Shown: positions 59,410 through 64,000 of the stretch, one piece after another | How the letters are laid out: each line of letters starts with the position of its first letter | How positions within the stretch are numbered: the stretch's first letter is position 1 | NCBI GenBank assembly: GCA_036339735.1 | Contig: JAYZAL010000036.1 | Coordinates: 64,001-128,000 of the forward strand | Direction of reading: 5' to 3' | Length of the DNA stretch: 64,000 bases | From: Candidatus Poribacteria bacterium | Lineage (GTDB): Bacteria > Poribacteria > WGA-4E > UBA9662 | The notes under the pieces: model-generated | The model's input: only the letters and a program-made list of their open reading frames with translations | The model's database searches: none | Told to the model about the DNA's origin: nothing | Made by a program: the position numbers and the translations under genes

Positions 59410-60634
59410 CCAAGATCGACTAAAACGAAATTTACCACTGATTTCTTGGTTGTTTGTAGGGATAGTCATTATCCCTATTTTATATCTACTCGGAATAATA
59501 CCAATTGGTACTGTAAATAAGCTCGGCCGATACTTGACATTCGCTTTAGTTGCTATTGGATTAGACCTAATTTGGGGTTATGCTGGTATTTTAAGCTTAT
59601 GTCAAGCTCTGTTTTTTTGTTTGGGCGGATATGCTATCGGGATGTATTTAGCTCACCATGGTGGGCCAGAAGGTATCATCGATAAAACAGGATGGAAATT
59701 ACCAGCTTGTCTATTTGTTGTTTATCCTTATAAAGTAGGTGAAGCACCTGGAGATGCAATGGTTCCTTGGTTTTGGAAACCGTTTTGGTCTTTACCGGCC
59801 ACTGTATTTCTGGGGTTATTTATACCAGGTTTGGTGGCCTTCATCATCGGCTACTTTGGCTTTCGTAGCCGGGTTCGAGGTGTTTATTTTGCTATTCTAA
59901 CCCAGGCAATTACTGTAGCGGCCCAAAATTTCTTTACCATGAATAATATGAAATTTTGTGGAACCAATGGCTTAACCCGGTTTGATCGGATTTGCTTGGT
60001 AGGACATGAACATGGTGTTGATGTTTGTCAAAAAGTCAACTTAAGTTTTCAATTATCATCTGACTCTCTTCAATTTAGTCTATACTTATTAACAACAATA
60101 TCCATCTTCGGTACATATGTTTTGTATCGCTACGTCATCAGTAGTCGGTTAGGAAGAATTCTCGTGGCAATTCGGGATGCTGAAAGTACACTTCGCTTTT
60201 CTGGTTATAAGCCCTATAAATATAAATTATTCGCTTTTGTCTTAGCTGCAATGACAGCTGCGTTAGGCGGGCTGTTGTATGTCCCACAAATGAAGATTAT
60301 TACACCCTACAATATGGGTGCGGAACGCTCCATTTTGATTGTCATTTTTGTGGCTGTTGGTGGACGAAATACTTTGTCAGGAGCCTTAGTTGGGGCGCTA
60401 ACCGTCAACTTACTCTACGATTTTTTAACTTCTTTCAACCAACCTATTCCTTTAACAGATCTAATATTTCCAGGTGGGCTAACATTTGCAAAAACTTGGC
60501 CGATTGTACTGGGTTTAATGTTTTTAACGGTAGTTTTGGGCTATCCCGATGGACTAGTCAAATTGCCCAGTCACTTCTGGTCGAATATTAAAAATAAATC
60601 AGATTTAACTGACAAACAAAAAACCATCGGTTAA
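59402..60634 (+). CDS. urtC: Urea ABC transporter permease
   Basis: GLDLIWGYAGILSL, RSRVRGVYFAILTQA, AIRDAE...RFSGY, VAVGGR. Confidence 0.95.
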   Translation: MINQDRLKRNLPLISWLFVGIVIIPILYLLGIIPIGTVNKLGRYLTFALVAIGLDLIWGYAGILSLCQALFFCLGGYAIGMYLAHHGGPEGIIDKTGWKLPACLFVVYPYKVGEAPGDAMVPWFWKPFWSLPATVFLGLFIPGLVAFIIGYFGFRSRVRGVYFAILTQAITVAAQNFFTMNNMKFCGTNGLTRFDRICLVGHEHGVDVCQKVNLSFQLSSDSLQFSLYLLTTISIFGTYVLYRYVISSRLGRILVAIRDAESTLRFSGYKPYKYKLFAFVLAAMTAALGGLLYVPQMKIITPYNMGAERSILIVIFVAVGGRNTLSGALVGALTVNLLYDFLTSFNQPIPLTDLIFPGGLTFAKTWPIVLGLMFLTVVLGYPDGLVKLPSHFWSNIKNKSDLTDKQKTIG

Positions 60635-60669
60635 ACTGAAGAGCACAAGTGTAACCATTTTTTCTAAAC

Positions 60670-61476
60670 ATGCCAAACAAAGACGGTACGCGTTTATCTG
60701 AGTACTTAGAACACAACCCCATAGATAGCCGGTTTTCAGCCGAAAAGTACATATTATTTCTCCATCAACTCACTGCAGTTTTCGACGGTTTCAAAGCCGT
60801 TGACATTATGGCTTTAGGTATCGAACATAACGAGCTACGGGTTGTCATAGGTCCTAATGGGGCTGGTAAAACGACTATGTGTGACTTGATAAGTGGAAAG
60901 ACTCGAGCTAGTAGTGGTACAGTTCACTTTGAAGGTGAAAATATTACTGATACCAGCGAAACAGAAATTGCACTGATGGGTATCGGTCGTAAATTCCAAA
61001 CACCAACTGTATTTGATAGTCTGACTACGTATCAGAACATGGAGCTTGCTCTGCCAGGCAATCAAAACTGGTTTACTAACCTGTATAAACAAATTACCTC
61101 CGAAGAACATGATCAGATCTCCTCAATTTTGGAGAGAGTTGGATTACAAAATGAACTACAGACCGAGGCTAAATACTTAAGCCATGGACAAAGGCAATGG
61201 TTGGCCATAAGTACACTGGTGTTATCTAGTCCTAAGCTGTTATTAGTTGATGAGCCGGCAGCAGGATTAACTGACGCAGAGACTGAGCTGACGGCAGAGT
61301 TACTATTAGAATTGAAAGGAGACCACACATTGATAGTTATAGAACATGACATGGATTTTGTGCGGCAGCTCAATTCTCCAGTTACTATGCTTCACGAGGG
61401 AAAAATTATGGCTGAAGGTACGTTAGCCGAACTCCAACAAAATGATGCTGTAATTGAAGCTTATCTGGGTCGATAA
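60670..61476 (+). CDS. urtD: Urea ABC transporter ATP-binding protein
   Basis: GPNGAGKT, GIGRKFQ.P, LSHGQRQWL, IEHDM, VIEAYLGR. Confidence 0.95.
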   Translation: MPNKDGTRLSEYLEHNPIDSRFSAEKYILFLHQLTAVFDGFKAVDIMALGIEHNELRVVIGPNGAGKTTMCDLISGKTRASSGTVHFEGENITDTSETEIALMGIGRKFQTPTVFDSLTTYQNMELALPGNQNWFTNLYKQITSEEHDQISSILERVGLQNELQTEAKYLSHGQRQWLAISTLVLSSPKLLLVDEPAAGLTDAETELTAELLLELKGDHTLIVIEHDMDFVRQLNSPVTMLHEGKIMAEGTLAELQQNDAVIEAYLGR

Positions 61477-61485
61477 TAAGTTATT

Positions 61486-62175
61486 ATGCTTTTGGTTGAA
61501 AACTTGTCTTTTTCTTATGGCGAAGTTCAAGCTCTACGGAATGTATCCTTGAAAGTTCCGGTAGCTACTATTGTCAGTGTTATGGGGCGAAATGGTGTCG
61601 GGAAAACCACACTAATGAAAAATATAGTTGGCACACTCAAATCAAATAATGGATCGGTGTATCTAGATAATCAGCCAATTCACAATTTAATGGCTCACCA
61701 ACGAGTGTCAGCCGGAATTGGCTATGTCCCACAAGGTAGAATGATTTTTCCTAAACTAACCGTAAGTGAGAATTTACAGATTGGTCTTGCTGGAAGCCAG
61801 AACAAAATCATCCCGAATCAGATTTTTGACCTGTTTCCAATATTGAAAGACATGGAAAGCCGAATGGGAGGAGACTTGTCTGGTGGACAACAACAGCAAT
61901 TAGCGATTGGCCGTGCTTTGGTTACTGATCCCAAAATTTTGATTCTAGATGAACCAACTGAAGGTATTCAGCCCAATATCATTCAACAAATTGGGCAAGT
62001 CTTATTACAATTAGTCCAAGAAAAGGGGTTGACTGTGTTAATCGTGGAGCAGTATCTAGACTTTGTTCGTGAATTTTGCCAAAGTTTTTACATCATGAAC
62101 CGAGGTGAAATGGTAGTCAATGGAATTACTGAAGATCTTAATCAACAAATCATCCGCGAGTACTTAAGCGTTTAA
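61486..62175 (+). CDS. urtE: Urea ABC transporter ATP-binding protein
   Basis: GRNGVGKT, YVPQGR.IFP, GGDLSGGQQQQLAI, DEPTEGIQP. Confidence 0.95.
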   Translation: MLLVENLSFSYGEVQALRNVSLKVPVATIVSVMGRNGVGKTTLMKNIVGTLKSNNGSVYLDNQPIHNLMAHQRVSAGIGYVPQGRMIFPKLTVSENLQIGLAGSQNKIIPNQIFDLFPILKDMESRMGGDLSGGQQQQLAIGRALVTDPKILILDEPTEGIQPNIIQQIGQVLLQLVQEKGLTVLIVEQYLDFVREFCQSFYIMNRGEMVVNGITEDLNQQIIREYLSV

Positions 62176-62193
62176 GAAAAACTCAGTACGACA

Positions 62194-63111
62194 ATGGAAT
62201 CGACGGTAGGCCGAAATGGACGTCTTGACTATGCCTTTGGTGAAAAAACCAAATCAGGTCAAAGAAAAACTGTTATTCAGCGACGATTCTCTTGTGTTCC
62301 TCTCCAAATTCTTAAACCACAATATACTACACACGGTGAAGTTCTTCTCTATTTGCTGAGCCCAACTGGCGGTGTCGTACAAGGCGACCAGTATGACCTC
62401 AAACTAGATTTATCAACAAATGCGCAAGTGATTTTCACCACGCAAGCGGCAACTAAAGTCTATGCAATGCCGAATGATACTGCCAATCAAGCCGTGTTTT
62501 TAAAAGTCGGGAGGAATGCTCGCTTAGAGTATTTACCGGATCCACTGATCCTCTTTCGTTCTTCTAGATTTAGTCAAGTTATTGAGGTCGAAATTTCTCC
62601 TGGAGGTATCTTTGTCTTTCAGGATATCATTTTACCTGGACGAGTTTCACGCCAAGAGGATTTTGTTTTTACCAATTTTTCTTCTAGCTTAAGAGTAAAT
62701 GACCAACATGGGCTCTTATTATACGACCCAGTCAAAATATCGCTTAATCCGGCCAGTAATCACTCAAATCCCGATTTTCATCAACTAGGCTTACTAGAGG
62801 AATTTAAGTGCTGGGGGAGTTTTTATGTTTTTGGAGAACTTTCCCCCAATGGTCTGACAGTTGAATCAATTGACAGGTACAGCCCGATTCTCGAGATCAT
62901 TCAATCAAGGCTTGAGTTAGTTAACAACCTTAATTGCAATAAAGGGCAACGTTTGGCTATTGGCGGCTTCACATGTTTAAAGAGAAATGGTGTAGTTATA
63001 CGTATGATGGCCCAAAATACCCAATTGATACAAAACACATTTAGCCAAATTTGGGCAGAATTAAAACAAAAACTGCTGAAAATCCCCCCCATAGATTTAC
63101 GAAAGTTCTAG
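62194..63111 (+). CDS. ureD: Urease accessory protein UreD/UreH
   Basis: [31 protein letters not shown]; ends RKF. Confidence 0.92.
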   Translation: MESTVGRNGRLDYAFGEKTKSGQRKTVIQRRFSCVPLQILKPQYTTHGEVLLYLLSPTGGVVQGDQYDLKLDLSTNAQVIFTTQAATKVYAMPNDTANQAVFLKVGRNARLEYLPDPLILFRSSRFSQVIEVEISPGGIFVFQDIILPGRVSRQEDFVFTNFSSSLRVNDQHGLLLYDPVKISLNPASNHSNPDFHQLGLLEEFKCWGSFYVFGELSPNGLTVESIDRYSPILEIIQSRLELVNNLNCNKGQRLAIGGFTCLKRNGVVIRMMAQNTQLIQNTFSQIWAELKQKLLKIPPIDLRKF

Positions 63112-63158
63112 CCACCCCCAAACTAAATGGGCTTTTAATTAGTAGGAAAGGAGAATCA

Positions 63159-63461
63159 ATGAATCTAACCCCTCGTGAACAAGAAAAATTGATGATTTAC
63201 GTGGCTGCCCAATTAGCCAGAGATCGTCAAGAACGTGGTCTCAAGCTAAACTATCCTGAAGCCGTTGCAATCATTACAGCCGAAATTTTAGAAGGCATCC
63301 GAGATGGAAAAAGTGTGGCTGAGCTAATGAGTTTTGGTACCACAATTTTGACCAGTGATGACGTAATGGAAGGTGTGGCTGAAATGATTGATGAAGTCCA
63401 AGTCGAAGGTACATTTCCTGATGGTACTAAGTTGGTCACAGTTCACCATCCGATCACCTGA
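63159..63461 (+). CDS. ureA: Urease gamma subunit
   Basis: [11 protein letters not shown]...[11 protein letters not shown]...[27 protein letters not shown] before ATG 63159. Confidence 0.97.
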   Translation: MNLTPREQEKLMIYVAAQLARDRQERGLKLNYPEAVAIITAEILEGIRDGKSVAELMSFGTTILTSDDVMEGVAEMIDEVQVEGTFPDGTKLVTVHHPIT

Positions 63462-63496
63462 TTGCACAGACAAACGATCAAAAATAAAATATGAAT

Positions 63497-64000
63497 TTAT
63501 CTTTTTGATAATACGACACGCTTTGACTTCTGTCGAGCATCCAGCATCAACTGGAATTTTTGATAATCCTTGGCAGGAATTAGTGTTTCTGTCGCTGTAA
63601 ATGTAGATAACATGGTAATTCGCCGTTTAGAGCTTTTGACATTCAATTCAAAAGAGCCGATCGACGGAAACACTAAGCTCTGAGTTTCTGGAGTCTGGTC
63701 TATTTGAAAAGACTTAGCCAGACTGACTTTGCAGGTGTGCTCGACTGTTATTATTGTCGGTAATGAGACGGGCGAATCTCGTTTTTCGATTCTCAAAAGT
63801 TGATCATATTTGAGTGGTAAAGAAGGGATTTCTAGTAGTAGTTGGTGTCCTAGTCCTATCAGGTGCTTGGAGCGCTTCCAAGCTATAAGCAGTCGACTTT
63901 CGTAAGGACTAATTGACGAAAATCGAAGCTGACTAACCTCTGTATCCTCGTTTAATTCAAGCAGATCTCTGAAAAATGACCTAGCTTTTGGGCTATTCTC
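63497..64000 (-). CDS. 3' end of a convergent gene, DUF3858-like C-terminus (partial)
   Basis: The frame of the 63497..63796 ORF stays open to the window edge (ENSPKARSFF...RDSPVSLP...IPAKDYQKFQ), resembling C-termini of DUF3857/transglutaminase proteins. Confidence 0.6.
   Translation of the reverse strand, partial: ENSPKARSFFRDLLELNEDTEVSQLRFSSISPYESRLLIAWKRSKHLIGLGHQLLLEIPSLPLKYDQLLRIEKRDSPVSLPTIITVEHTCKVSLAKSFQIDQTPETQSLVFPSIGSFELNVKSSKRRITMLSTFTATETLIPAKDYQKFQLMLDARQKSKRVVLSKR

Noticed and set aside
63051-63158. 36-aa N-terminal extension of UreA
   Set aside because: Overlaps ureD; strong SD and the canonical MNLTPRE start are at 63159

Overview
AT-rich, gene-dense bacterial chromosomal segment with no mobile elements, CRISPR or rRNA. 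The gene content (DUF6785-type membrane protein, CRTAC1/FG-GAP and HEAT repeat proteins, stand-alone BMC vertex genes, several Zn-dependent sugar dehydrogenases, urea uptake) resembles Poribacteria or PVC-like marine bacteria; this taxonomy is inference only. In order: lptE-like gene, trkAH, htrA, murF, a GH113-like protein, a cold-shock/Sm(Hfq)-like fusion, a 7Fe ferredoxin, a repeat-rich TolB-like surface protein, a pair of NTF2-domain envelope proteins, an M16 peptidase, a sugar-alcohol catabolism cluster, a co-directional run ribD-ribE-ribBA-ribH-hisH-ntrB-ntrC-eutN-eutN-rhomboid, a tRNA-Leu/fMet/CAT cluster running into tilS-hpt, and a nitrogen-scavenging operon urtA-amtB-urtBCDE-ureD-ureA. 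Strongest leads: (1) a cold-shock domain fused to one clear and one probable Hfq/Sm-like domain; (2) an NtrB-type kinase with a NifA-like GAF input, paired with NtrC, with a sigma-54 promoter and NtrC-like box upstream of urtA; (3) His/Cys metal-binding motifs on UrtA and UrtC in an operon encoding urease components; (4) a probable tRNA-Ile2 gene 11 nt upstream of its modifying enzyme gene tilS. All family assignments come from motif recognition by eye; no database searches were run.
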